Below, piece after piece: positions 13,268-25,743 of a DNA stretch of 64,000 bases. The stretch covers positions 128,278,001 through 128,342,000 of the forward strand of contig OX597816.1 of the NCBI GenBank assembly GCA_951406725.2, in the 5' to 3' direction. How positions within the stretch are numbered: the stretch's first letter is position 1; the number at the start of each line of letters is the position of its first letter. The stretch comes from Octopus vulgaris (lineage: Eukaryota). The notes below the pieces were generated by a model. The model searched no databases. It worked only from the letters and a program-made list of their open reading frames with translations, and was not told where the DNA came from. The translations under genes and the position numbers were made by a program.

Positions 13268-13901
13268 CCAGCAAGACTAGTCAGGCCATAACCTGTGGCC
13301 CCTACCTGGGACGTAGTCAGTCCACCTGTGCATACCTTCCTTCTTGTGACACTTGTGAAGACCTGTTGAGGCAAGTGAAAATCAAATCAAATCAAAACAA
13401 ATCAAAATAGATGAACATCAATGGAATTTGTATCTTTGTGGTACCAGTGCCGGTGGCACGTGGCACACAAGAAAACCATCCGAACGTGGCCGTAGCCAGT
13501 ACCGCATCGACTGGCCTCCGTGCTGTGGGCACGTAACAAACACCATCCGATCGTGGCCGTTTGCCAGCCTCATCTGGCACCTGTGTCGGTGGCACATAAA
13601 AACACCATCCGAGCGTGGCCGTCTGCCAGCCTCGTCTGGCACCTGTGTCGGTGGCACATAAAAAACACCATCCGAGCGTGGCCGTTTGCCAGCCTCGTCT
13701 GGCACCTGTGTCGGTGGCACATAAAATCACCCACTACACTCTCGGAGTGGTTGGCGTTAGGAAGGGCATCCAGCTGTAGAAACACTGCCAGATCTCACTG
13801 GACTGGTGCAGCTTTCGGGCTCCCCAGACCCCAGTTGAACCGTCCAACCCATGCTAGCATGGAAAGCGGACGTTAAATGATGATGATGATGATGATGATG
13901 A
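13268..13901 (+). mobile_element. RTE-LINE 3' tail or RTE-related short element with internal ~61-bp tandem repeats
   Basis: CACCCACTACACTCTCGGAGTGGTTGGCGTTAGGAAGGGCATCCAGCTGTAG..CCATGCTAGCATGGAAAGCGGACGTTAAA(TGA)n; three AAACACCATCCGAGCGTGGCC.. units. Confidence 0.85.
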
Positions 13902-14464
13902 TTAAACGTATAAAACATAACAACAAAGGCTATGTATTGCAGTATTATTGGTATTTTGTTGATTAGGTAAAAAAAACTTCAACTATTATCTTTCTTGAAA
14001 CCCACTTGCAGGTTTTTTTTATTTGTGTCTCAATACTCAGTTAGCGCTGAAGTAAACTGAAATAAACTGTTGAGGAAACTACAAATAACATAAGAATTTA
14101 CTAATTCCCATGCTATTGCAATACATTAGTATTACAATAAGATCATCGTCAGTTTTAGCTCCACTACCTAAACTCAATTATGTCTTAAATCTATTATTTC
14201 ATCGAAAAATATAATGTAACACAATACAATAATTTCTTGTTAGTTAAACTAAAAAATATTTTATCTTTATTGCATAATCAATTCAGAGATGCATGGAAAT
14301 AAGGCTTTTGTTGATGGATAATTGTTCTTAAATCGTAAATGTATCACAAAACATTATAAGACCATAATTGTTTCCTAAAAGCCAAAACAATTCTTCAGCC
14401 TTTGCAAAAAGGAATTTGAACACTTACAGTTGCAACAGAATAGAAAGGCAAAAGCCAATACAGC

Positions 14465-14620
14465 TTGGCACCAATGCCATTACAACTCATTTCTACAGCT
14501 GAGTGAACTGGAGCAATGTGAAATAAAGTGTCTTGCTCAAGAACACAAAACAACCTGATCTGGGAATCAAGCTCACTACCTCATGATTGTGAGGCCACTA
14601 CTCTAACTACTGAGTCATGC
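14465..14620 (-). mobile_element. tRNA-derived SINE fragment
   Basis: Reverse complement of the GAGCAAGACACTTTATTTCACATTGCTCCAGT motif shared with the 18468 and 38150 copies. Confidence 0.65.
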
Positions 14621-14965
14621 ATTGACACACACACACACATACATGTCTAATCAAGATACCACAAAGAAGAATGGAGAATTATACATCATCAGATTTTATT
14701 TATTGAGGTATTATTCTCATCAAAGTCCAATCCATTCTCTTTATGGTGTCATGATTATATACCCTGTATGCTATGTGAAATCCATTGAAGCAAACTCAAG
14801 ATTTATCTATCAAGCGAAGTACAGTTTAATTGTTTATCTGAAACAATTCTAAATGTTCTCAATCATTCAATGTGCTTAGCCAGATCTGGATAATATCACA
14901 GTGCCAATAAGGTACCGGTCTGGATTTCAAATTCCTATTCCTTTATGTTATATATAAGTGTGACA

Positions 14966-14999
<34 letters not shown>

Positions 15000-15028
15000 T
15001 TACATGAAGTTAAAAATATGTCCAGTCA

Positions 15029-15092
15029 TAGAGTGACTAATGGTTTCATATCCACAAAGTACTTAGCTTTATAGACAACTCGTCAGACTCCA
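15029..15092 (-). ncRNA. Type I hammerhead ribozyme-like motif with a canonical core
   Basis: TGGAGT-CTGACGA-GT-TGTCTATAAAG-ctaagta-CTTTGTGGATA-T-GAAA-CCATTAG-TC-ACTCTA: 6-bp stem I, 11-bp stem II with G.U pairs, GUC cleavage triplet. Confidence 0.6.
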
Positions 15093-15379
15093 ATGTCCAA
15101 TGGCCACAGGCATATAATCTCTCTTCAAACTGAAGGTAGAAAACTGTTATGGTTAGTTAATTTGGAAACTAAAAATAATATCCACTGTCTGAGCCTAAAA
15201 CTGGACAAGTATAAACATGCACACTTACACATATTGTCAGACACCCACATTCAAATATATATGCATGCCAACAATACAGACATCCACATAAAAACATATC
15301 TAGGTCCTAACATATATATACAAACAACTTTTAAAAAAATTGCTGAGTGTATAATAATAAAAATCGGATAAAAGACATG

Positions 15380-17005
15380 CAAAATGGAACACCATATATC
15401 GAATTATCTATAAATATAACGATTAAATGGAGTGGTAAAATAAAATAAAATGAAATGAAAATAAAAATAAAATCTTAAACATGAAAATAATATATACATA
15501 TAACAGTCGAAGGTTTTCTTAAGAAATACGTTGAAATATATACAATATCTTTGCAATGCGAAATAAACCATGCATTACAAAATACAAATCCAACAGTGGA
15601 GTTGAAAACTAGTGCAAGTTTCAAAAAAATATATACTATCTATATGGTGTTTCGTCAGCTGACATTTTAAGTTTTGTTGCATGTCTGCCGGAATTCAAGA
15701 GTTCACGTCTTTGATTCAAAGTGTTATTGTCCTGGAATAAAATATATAGAATTTTTCCAAAAGACATAAATTGCATTTGATGGGTCTTTTATGCGCACCG
15801 TGTCTGTAAGGTGATGCTTTATCTAAAATTATCCATGTCACATTGAAAGGCCAGGTTTCATTTTCTTCTAATTCCCAGACATATTTTGCCGGGCTGGTCT
15901 TTGTCCTATTTTCAGGGTATCAGAAGGAATTTCTATAAGAATAAAGTCGGGTCTTGAAAGAATCCTCAGAAGCCCCTGTGTAAGTTCTATATTTATGTGA
16001 GCCTCTAGATGCACTTTCGCTCTATACACAATCCCTTTCTCCAGACATTTTCCTTCCAACAGACAGGAGGTCCCATCTTTGCAATTGCAATTCTTAGGAA
16101 AAGAATCAGCACTGTGGTTATTTGCAATTATTTTATTGTGGTGTTGGTTAATGAAAGAGGCAATCTTAAGTGTTCTTAAGAATGGCTGATCTTAAGTGTT
16201 CTATTAAATATTCTATAAAACTTATGGTTAGGTTGAAAATGTCTAGAGACTAATTTTAAGAATTCCCTCCCTATATTTGTTTTTACAGCCATATTAAAAG
16301 TGGAGTTGAACCACAAAACACTCCTAGTCCTAGTTCTACGTGTTGCATTACTGCTAGCATTAAGTTGGTTATACTGGATCTTCTCAGAGAATCCACTATT
16401 CCTTAATACACTATTGTAGTAAGGTGCAGCATTTTGAAATGCTGTCTCATCCCAAGAAATTGACAATATTCGCCTACCTACATTACTAAGTTCATAAGAA
16501 TAATTAGTGGATGATTGGATTCTTTGCTAATATAAGATAGCTTATCATTAGGCTTACGGTAAGGTTTGAATTTATCTGACTGTAAATCTAAATTTCTATC
16601 TTAGAAATCTACACTTTTAAGGTTAGTATCTATCATAATCCATAAGCCCATCCCATGGAAGAAAGCAATTAGATCCTTCTTAAGCTTATCTAATTCATAG
16701 CCATTTAAATTATGAGTGACTATAAGGCCATCATTCCAATATAATCCTGTGTCTATAAATGGGAATTCTAGCTTTAGATTGTACAAAATATAAGCTCCTA
16801 TGAGCACACATAACTCAGCCTCGTCGTATGCCCCCATCAGAATGTCAAAAAGAGAATCCTAACTCTTTTTGACCCAGGCAGAATCCTCGTAAAAAAAGAA
16901 GTGACTTCCTCGCGTGTATGATAATATCTATTTCCAAGTTATCAATGATGACATACTGCTTGGCGAAGTCTATTGCTTTTAGGAGCAAAGGCCTGGATAT
17001 TGGCA
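15380..17005 (-). mobile_element. Penelope-like retroelement (decayed RT plus GIY-YIG endonuclease)
   Basis: MGAYDEAELCVLIG..LYWNDGL (like YRDDG); WFNSTFNMAVKTNIGREFLKL; GKCLEKGIVYRAKV; degenerate CTGACGA..GAAAC in the 3' region at about 15605-15660. Confidence 0.85.
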
Positions 17006-17182
17006 GGTGCATGTGTATCACATCAGGCTAAAGATGAGAATGATGATTTCCCTTCGCAAATACTGATCGGGCACAGACAGTGTGTCGTTAGCCAGCTGGA
17101 GGAGATGTCTTCCTGGGGCTATAAACTACAGTAGCATCGTCTCATATGGGTCAGTCACATTTAGGTGACAAATATACTTCAC

Positions 17183-17215
<33 letters not shown>

Positions 17216-17965
17216 ATATGTGTGTGTGTCCATTTAATTAAAAGATTCTATGTGGCTGAAGATTGCTCAACATTTTAAAACTGATGTAATACTTACAGTG
17301 TTTAATAAAATGAAGTAGCATGAAACAATTGTACTACACTACCTTGGATATCCCTGTTGCTTATTTTGATTATATACATTTATATATGTATATATGTGTG
17401 TGTGTATATATATATATATATGAATATATATGTATGTATATATATATGTGTGTGTGTGTGTATTAGATATATATGTGTGCATGTGTGTATGTATATATGA
17501 TGGCCTTTTCTACCATTTCTTTGCACAAAATTCAGCTCACAAGGCATTATATATAATTTTAAATTATTCTAGTATGATATACCCTTGAAATATTGAAAAA
17601 TTTCTCACTTTTTGCTATCTATACTATGTAAAAATATTTGCATATTATTGGAAATATTCCAATTTAACTGAAATATTCAATTTACTGAAAAGTTAAAACC
17701 AATTACACACTTTCTGTCATAAGGAATTACTCAAATCATTCATATACAATTAAGTAGCTTACTAAAGGCAATCCTCAATTCCCTTGTTAATCTGAGGAGG
17801 ATGGGCGGTGCCCACAAACCATTCCAGATCATCCAGCTATGGAAAAGAGGTTGCCAGTAATGTTCACTTTAAGTTGTAGAAGATTAGACACTGAGGGGAG
17901 AAATGGGGGAAAAAAAGAAAAAGTTCTAGGATAAGGAAGTTCTTGGAAAGATAGAAGAAAAGATT

Positions 17966-18375
17966 AGACAGGCATGGCTATGTGGTTGAAGAAGTTCACT
18001 TCACATCCACTTGGTCTCAGGTTAAGTCCCCCTATGTGACACCTTAGGCAAGTATCTTTTATTATAGTCTTTGGCCTACCAGTACTTTTTAAGTGAATTT
18101 GGCAGATAGAAACTGTGAGAAGCCAGTCGTGTGTGTGTGTGTGTGTGTGTGTAAGTGAGTATTTGAGCATTTTTGTGTTCGTCTTTGCCTCCTCACCACT
18201 TAACAACCACAGTTTGTTTGTTTACGTCTCCTTCTCCCAACACTTCAGTAAAGGAGATCTATAGGATAAGTACCAGATTCAAAAAATAAGCGCTGAAATT
18301 GATTCGTTTAGCTAAGCCTTTCAACTTGTTTTTCCAGTATGGCCACAGTCCAATGACAAACATGTAAAAGCAAAA
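17966..18375 (+). mobile_element. SINE (microsatellite-containing family)
   Basis: Same head, TG array and tail as the 21950 copy. Confidence 0.8.
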
Positions 18376-18467
18376 AATATTTAGAATGAATCAAGACATT
18401 TGATACCAGGAAGTGCATCCGGTGCGTAAAGTGGACTTGAATAAAATGCAGTTTAGTTTATGGTAGT

Positions 18468-18790
18468 GAAGAAGCATTGCTTAGTGGTTAGGGTATTTGG
18501 TTTATAATCACAAGATCATGAGTTCAATTCTCAGCGATGTATTATATCCTTGAGCAAGTCACTTTATTTCATGTTGTTCCAGTCCACTCAGCTGGTAAAA
18601 ATGAGTTGTACCTGTATTTAAAAGGGCCTGATTTGTCACACTCTGTGTCTTGCTGAATATCCCTGCGAACTATGTTAAGGGTACATGTGTTAGTGGAGTG
18701 CTCAGTCACTTGCACATTAATTTCACAAGCAGGCTATTCTGTTGATCGCATCAACTGGAACCCGTGTCATCATAACCGATGGAGTGCCAT
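18468..18790 (+). mobile_element. tRNA-derived SINE
   Basis: GCTTAGTGGTTAGGG head, GAGTTCAATTC B box, ..TCAACTGGAACCC..AACCGATGGAGTGCC end. Confidence 0.8.
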
Positions 18791-19574
18791 ATATATATAT
18801 ATATATATATATAGTTTATGGTATTAGAAATAAGAGACACAGCTCAGCATTTGTAGAAAGTCAAGGGCATGAAGGCTTTCTGATCAACCACAATACCACA
18901 ACGAAAGTGCCTTTTATGCGAGTCCACTTTATACAAGTCACAAATCACATAGTGATTATCTATCACATAGTTATTATCTAGCATCCTTATGTATTTTAAT
19001 ACATAAGGATGATAGCAACAAAGAGAGAGAGAGAGAGAGAGAAGTCTATAAAGAAAATAGGAGAGGGGAGGACAAACAGAGAGAATGTGTGTATGCGAGT
19101 ACATACGTGTGTGGTGTGTATACTATTATATTTATTCAAGCAAAGAGAGAGTTACTACAAATGTTCAACATAGAAAAGATAGCACATGTGTCACTGATAG
19201 TTATCTTACTAATTTGCATTACAATTTTTCAATAGGTGTCATTAAGTGCTTTCCATGATATTTCACAGTCATCATTTAAGTTTATATCATGTAGAGTTTA
19301 GTCATTATCAAAGATTACATGGGGTGTCATACAAGTCAATATCATAAATTATGACATCTGCTGCAAAGCCATTTCATATAATTCACACCAGAATGGAAAA
19401 TGGACATAAAATGGTGGTGGTGCTGGTATATGGTAGTTTAGGTTCAATGTAACGACATGACAATCTGAACAACTGTTTTTTTACCATAGTATTGTGAGTG
19501 AAATCTAAACAAAAGAGCTGAAGTCCATATAAAGACATGTATACATACACATATATATATATGTATGTATATAT

Positions 19575-19775
19575 GTGACCGCGTGTGTATCATTGGCAAT
19601 TTTCTTTCTCCATCTTCCTTTCCTTGGATCTTTCCTTTCTTTATGTTTCTGACGAAGAGCTCTGTTTGAAATGTTAAATCCTCCTTCTTTCTTTCCTTTC
19701 CTGAGCATCCAACAACACTATACTTGTTCCATGTTCTCGCGTTGTGTTTTCTCTTTGTTCCTGTTTGGATTTACT
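19575..19775 (+). mobile_element. Short Penelope-pLTR-like element with a decayed hammerhead motif
   Basis: Homologous to 24222-24376 and 52797-52975; GTTTCTGACGAAGAGCTCTGTTTGAAATGTTAAAT. Confidence 0.6.
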
Positions 19776-19789
19776 ATATATATAGTATC

Positions 19790-19995
19790 GCCTGACTGGC
19801 CCTCGTGCCAGTGGCACGTAAAAGCACCCACTACACTCTCAGAGTGGTTGGCGTTAAGAAGGGCATCCAGCTGTAGAAACTCTGCCCAGATCAGATTGGA
19901 CTCTGGTGCAGCCATCTGGTTCGCCAGACCTCAGTCAAATTGTCCAACCCATGCTAGCAAGGAATGCAGATGTTAAACGATGATGATGATGATGA
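19790..19995 (+). mobile_element. RTE-type 3' tail
   Basis: Same tail as the 13268 copy, ending in (GAT)n. Confidence 0.85.
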
Positions 19996-20123
19996 TATAT
20001 ATTCATCATAGTCCTCCAGGCAATAGCAGAGGAATTAAAGACAGGATGCCCCTGCAAGCTTCTCTATGCTGATGGCCGCAGTCAAAATGACTGAAACAAG
20101 TAAAAGAGAAAAAAGAGAAAAGA

Positions 20124-20167
20124 GATATATATATATATGTGTATATATATATATATATGTATGTATG

Positions 20168-20216
<49 letters not shown>

Positions 20217-20243
20217 ATATATATATATATGTATGTATGTATG

Positions 20244-20292
<49 letters not shown>

Positions 20293-20297
20293 GTATG

Positions 20298-20334
<37 letters not shown>

Positions 20335-20335
20335 G

Positions 20336-20384
<49 letters not shown>

Positions 20385-20420
20385 GTATGTATATATATAT
20401 GTATATAAATATATATATAC
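20124..20420. repeat. Compound (TA)n/(TATG)n microsatellite
   Basis: Alternating TA and TATG blocks. Confidence 0.95.
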
Positions 20421-20479
20421 ACAAACACTTTTATTTTTAATACCACGTTTCCTGTCAATGTCTGTAATGAATTTTGAAA

Positions 20480-20720
20480 CACACTGTGAATAGACATCTC
20501 CTTATTTAACACTCTTTCTGACTGAAAAACTTATGGGCAGTGACGATAGAGCTATAGTACATCCTAAGTTCACTTCCTTGGTAAGTTTGAGTTTTTGTAC
20601 CTCAACTTCTTGCATTTCCAGAGACTTAAGCACCTCATTTATTTTAGTGCTATCAAAAGCCTTTCCACAATCTTTGGAGGCAAATACAAAGAGGCAGCTT
20701 CTACACTTTAACACAATATA
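20480..20720 (-). mobile_element. RTE-like RT fragment
   Basis: DCGKAFDSTKINEVLKSLEMQEV..KSVK (towards the GVRQG region). Confidence 0.55.
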
Positions 20721-20819
20721 AAAGCTTTGTTAGAGGGAATATCATACTGTACAACACAGCATCAGTCCTTATATTAAACAGTATGTATTTTATATGAGAT
20801 CTTATGAACACATAGTACA

Positions 20820-21480
20820 TTAGTTTCAAAGTTTGGCACAAGGCCTGCAATTTCAATGGTGGGGATAAATCAATTACTTAATCTAAGTCTTCAATTGGTA
20901 CTAGTTTTATTGACCCAAAGGGATGAAAGGCAAAGATGATGTTGGTGTAATTTGAACTCAGAACTTAAAAACATTATACACACACTTGCTTATGATAGGT
21001 TATACTGTATTATACACTCTTTGTCTTATATTAGCCTCAAATTTTGGTGCAAAGCCAGCAATTTTTGGGTGGGGCATGGCTTAAGTCGATTATACTGACC
21101 TCAGTCCTCAACTGGTACTTATTCTATCAACTCCAAAAGGATGAAGGGCAAAGTTGACCTTGGCAGAATTTGAACTCAGAACATAAAAACAGGCAAAATG
21201 CCATTAAGCATTTTGCCTATGGTGCTCACAATTCTACCAGCTTACTTATTTCTTTATTGCCCACAAGGGGCTAAACATAGAGGGGGCAAACAAGGACAGA
21301 CAAAGGAATTAAGTCGATTATATCGACCCCACTGCGTAACTGGTACTTAATTTATTGACCCCGAAAGGACGAAAGGCAAAGTCGACCTTGGCAGAATTTG
21401 AACTCAGAACATAATGGCAGACGAAATACCGCTAAGCATTTTGCCCGGCGTGCTAACGATTCTGCCAGTTTGCCGCCTTT
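20820..21480 (-). mobile_element. Three adjacent SINE copies of one family
   Basis: Repeated GGATGAAAGGCAAAGTCGACCTTGGCAGAATTTGAACTCAGAAC motif. Confidence 0.8.
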
Positions 21481-21949
21481 CTACCAATTCTACCAGCTTA
21501 CTGCTTTACTCCTTATCTTATATTAGTCTACCTGAATACACACATAATAACATCATAATAAATACTCATCAGCTTATTTCGGTACACTATATAAAATTAT
21601 TGCATGTAATGTTCCTCACCAACTTTTCAAATACACTTCTTCATTTTTTTCAGTATCCTTTACATGAGCTGTAATTTTTTTTTTTTTTGATTTTGTTTAG
21701 ATAACAGTTTACAATCTTTTATTTTAACATCTATAAAAAAATTAGTCTGAAAGAATCTTACATAATCATTTGGCTCTGATATGAACAGATATATTTATGT
21801 ATACATACTCAGCCTGTGAATTTAACATTTTTATTTATATTTTGTGACAGGTAGTTATCTGAATGCATACTATCAAGGTGATTCCATACATCTGTTCAGC
21901 TTGGCATGAATTTCTTTTTTCAAAATAGTAACTTTAACTTCAGTAGTTT

Positions 21950-22109
21950 TAGAGTGGATGTGTGGTAAGTAGCTTGTTTACTAACCACATGGTTCCGGGT
22001 TCAGTCCCACTGTGTGGCACTTTGGGCAAGTGTCTTCTACTATAGCCTCGGGCCGACCAAAGCCTTGTGAGTGGATTTGGTAGAGGGAAACTGAAAGAAG
22101 CCCGTCATA

Positions 22110-22149
<40 letters not shown>

Positions 22150-22360
22150 TGTGTGTGTTTGTGTGTCTGTGTTTCTCCCCCTAGCATTGCTTGACAACCG
22201 ATGCTGGTATGCTTATGTCCCCGTTACTTAGCGGTTCGGCAAAAGAGACCGATAGAATAAGTACTGGGCTTACAAGAGAATAAGTCCCGGGGTCGAGTTG
22301 CTCGATTAAAGGCGGTGCTCCAGCATGGCCGCAGTCAAATGACTGAAACAAGTAAAAGAG
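21950..22360 (+). mobile_element. Well-preserved full-length SINE
   Basis: Head GTGTGGTAAGTAGC..GGTTCAGTCCC, internal TA/TG array, tail CCAGCATGGCCGCAGTCAAATGACTGAAACAAGTAAAAGAG. Confidence 0.9.
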
Positions 22361-22582
22361 TATATATCCATGAGTGTATATGTGTGTATGTGTGTGTGTA
22401 ATGATGCATATATCATTATATATGTATTTCTCTCTTTATACATGTACTTATATATATGTATTTATATATATATTTCTCACTCTCTCTTTATATACATATA
22501 TGTGTGTGTGCATGTGTGTGTATGTGTCTATGCATAGTATATCATTATATTATGTATGTATATTAATATACATACATATGTG

Positions 22583-22735
22583 TCATCATCATTTAACTTC
22601 CATTGTCCATGCTGGCATGGGTTAGACAGTTTGACTGGAACTAGTAAGCTGGGGAGCTGCACCAAACTCCAGTCTGATTTGGCATGGTTTCTACAGCTGA
22701 TTGCCCTTACTAATGCCAACCACTTTACAGAGCAT
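22583..22735 (-). mobile_element. RTE-type 3' tail
   Basis: (CAT)n followed by the reverse complement of the tail motif. Confidence 0.75.
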
Positions 22736-23289
22736 GCTTCATGATATTACATGGTGCTGCACAGTTGCTTTTACATGGTGCCACATGAGTAGCTTTAAGA
22801 TTTCAATCATGTGATTGTTTATTTTCACAATGACATTGGAAGGTAGATGTGAAAGAAAAGATATGGAGCTGACCAGTTTGAACATAAAACAGGTAGAATA
22901 TTTAGGCCAGATATGGATGGTTTAAATGTTAAAGGGTTAAAGATTTGGGATCATATATTCCAGAAACAAATTATTTCACGTTCCCTTGAATGTTTCATCA
23001 TCATCATCATCAATATCATCGTCATTTAACATCTGTTTTGCATTCTGGCATGGGTTAGATGGTTTGACAAGAGTTTGCAAGCCAGAATACTAGTTATTTA
23101 TCATGCTTTCACTTTAGTGCTTATTCAATATAAACCTTGGTCTAGACACTCATGATAGGTCTGTAGGAAAAACTATTTCTTTTGACATGCACACTGCTGG
23201 ATTTGTCATTTAGGCTTTTTTCTAATGTTTATAGAAACTATTATAGCTTGGTGAAATTGGCTATCATTAGATACCTTCAATATATATAT

Positions 23290-23682
23290 AAGCACAGGCA
23301 TGGCAGTGTGGTAAGAAGCTTGTTTCCCAACCACATGATTCTGGGTTCAGTCCCACTGTGTGGCATTTTGGGCAAATGTCTTCTATCATAGCCTCAGGCC
23401 AACCGAAGCCTTGTGAGTGGATATGGTAGATGGAAACTGAAAGAAGTCCATTGTACGTGTATGTGTGTGTGTGTGTCTATATGTCTGTGTTTGTCTCCCA
23501 CTATTGCTTGATAACCAGTACTGGTATGTGTACATCCTGGAAATGTAGCAGTTCATCAAAAGTGAATGATAGAATAAGTACCAGACTTTAAAAAAGTAAG
23601 TACTGGAGTCAATTCATTCAACTAAAAATTTCTGCCCCAGCATAGCCACAGTCTCATGACTAAAACAAATAAAAGATAAAAG
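23290..23682 (+). mobile_element. SINE (microsatellite-containing family)
   Basis: Homologous to 21950-22360. Confidence 0.85.
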
Positions 23683-24163
23683 TTATATATGAATATTTCA
23701 TATACAACAATCTAAGTCTGCCTGGAGGTACTAAAAAGTTAACCTGCCACTTAAAGTGAAATAAACTTTGCCATCTCAGCACTACAGAATATATATTTGT
23801 AATTTAAATACTAATTGAACTGTGATACTTTTTATAAAAAATTTAGACATAATAGCTACCATTATGCTTCATGTCATAGTTATTTTAAAATTTCCATATT
23901 TCTTTATATGAATAATCATTAAATATTTAAATAAATACATTTATGTCCAACTCTTTTATAAACATATTAGTAATGAAAATAAACCTTTAGCTACTTCTGT
24001 CTCTTAGCTACAAATCAAATAGCTTCATTTGGATAGCTTGATTTCAATTTTAAATTCATTTTACTATTTCAACTCGACCATACACTGAATAAAAAGCAAA
24101 TGTTGCTAATCACCATTGGCTACTGGTTCATACTCTCACACACTCCTACTCATTATATGTGTG

Positions 24164-24221
<58 letters not shown>

Positions 24222-24228
<7 letters not shown>

Positions 24229-24376
24229 CTTGGATCTTTCCTATTCCTATGTTTCTGATGAAGAGCTCCGCTCGAAACGTTAAATCCTCCTTCTTTCTTT
24301 CCTTTCCTGAGCATCCAATAACACTATACTTGTTCCACGTCCTCGCATTGTTGTGTTTCATGTTTGGATTAACTGT
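24222..24376 (+). mobile_element. Short Penelope-pLTR-like element with a hammerhead motif, inserted in (TA)n
   Basis: 24251-24285: GTTT-CTGATGA-A-GAGC-TCC-GCTC-GAAA-CGT-T-AAAT; TA arrays on both sides. Confidence 0.65.
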
Positions 24377-24654
24377 ATATATATATATACACATATATAT
24401 ATATATATATATATTTATATATGTATGTATGTATACACACACACACACACACATACACACATATATGAAGATTTATTCACATTAAAAGCTTCTGTATTAA
24501 AAAGTTTTCTACCGCATATATAACAATGACCAACATGTGTTTCTACTGCGCCAACTGTACATTGCTCTGTATATAATAAAGCACCTTAGTCACTGTAATT
24601 TCATCAAGGGTTCATCACTTATGACGTTTTCAAATTGAACTAATTCAAACAAGT

Positions 24655-24938
24655 ATGTATACACACACATATATATATACACACCTACACATATATGTAT
24701 GTGTTATATATATATATATATATATGGACATATTTATACACATGTATATATATATATATATACACATATGTATATGCACATATATACACATATGTATATA
24801 TATATATATATATGCACATAGGTACACATATGTATATATATATATATGTACATATATATATACATACATACATATATGCACATATATATATATATACATA
24901 CATATATGCACATATATATATACATACATAAATATATG

Positions 24939-24974
<36 letters not shown>

Positions 24975-24975
24975 A

Positions 24976-25015
<40 letters not shown>
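24655..25015. repeat. Complex TA/CA microsatellite
   Basis: Low-complexity dinucleotide array. Confidence 0.95.
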
Positions 25016-25017
<2 letters not shown>

Positions 25018-25367
25018 TGAAAATAAGCAACAAGGATATCCAAGGTAGTGTAGTACAATTGTTTCATGCTACTTCATTTTATTAAACACTGTAAGTATTA
25101 CATCAGTTTTAAAATGTCGAGCAGTTTTCAGCCACATATAGAATTTTTTGATTAAATGGACAATGTACATTTTTATACTTATTTCATTTGCCAACATTAC
25201 AAAGAGGGTAGATATATAGACAGAGAGGTTAATTTCCTAGTTGCTTATTTTAATTATAATCACCCCATTTGATTTATATGGATAATACCATACAAAATTC
25301 TGGTGCCTTTAACTTAAGTACCATATTCATCTGAATCTAAATTTTGCTGAACTTATATATATATATA

Positions 25368-25743
25368 TGTGGGCACGTAACAAACACCATCCAATCGTGG
25401 CCGTTCGCCAGACTCGACTGGCACCTGTGTCGGTGGCACATAAAAAACACCATCCGAGCGTGGCCGTCTGCCAGCCTCATCTGGCACCTGTGTTGGTGGC
25501 ACATAAAAAACACCATCCGAGCGTGGCCGTTCGCCAGTCTCGTCTGGCACCTGTGTCAGTGGCACATAAAATCACCCACTACACTCTCGGAGTGGTTGGC
25601 GTTAGGAAGGGCATCCAGCTGTAGAAACACTGCCAGATCTGACTGGCCTGGTGCAGCCTTTGGGCTCCCCAGACCCCAGTTGAACCGTCCAACCCATGCT
25701 AGCATGGAAAGCGGACGTTAAACGATGATGATGATGATGATGA
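25368..25743 (+). mobile_element. RTE-type tail element with three ~61-bp tandem units
   Basis: Near-identical to 13526-13901. Confidence 0.85.

Noticed and set aside
13392-13876. Overlapping repetitive ORFs and a CRISPR-like periodicity
   Set aside because: Head-to-tail tandem units without unique spacers, inside a retroelement tail; eukaryotic context with no cas genes
20006-20512. Long Y/I/H/T/C/V-rich ORFs (also at 4.2, 24.6, 34, 40-41 and 43 kb)
   Set aside because: They are translations of TA/CA/TG/GATA microsatellites, not genes
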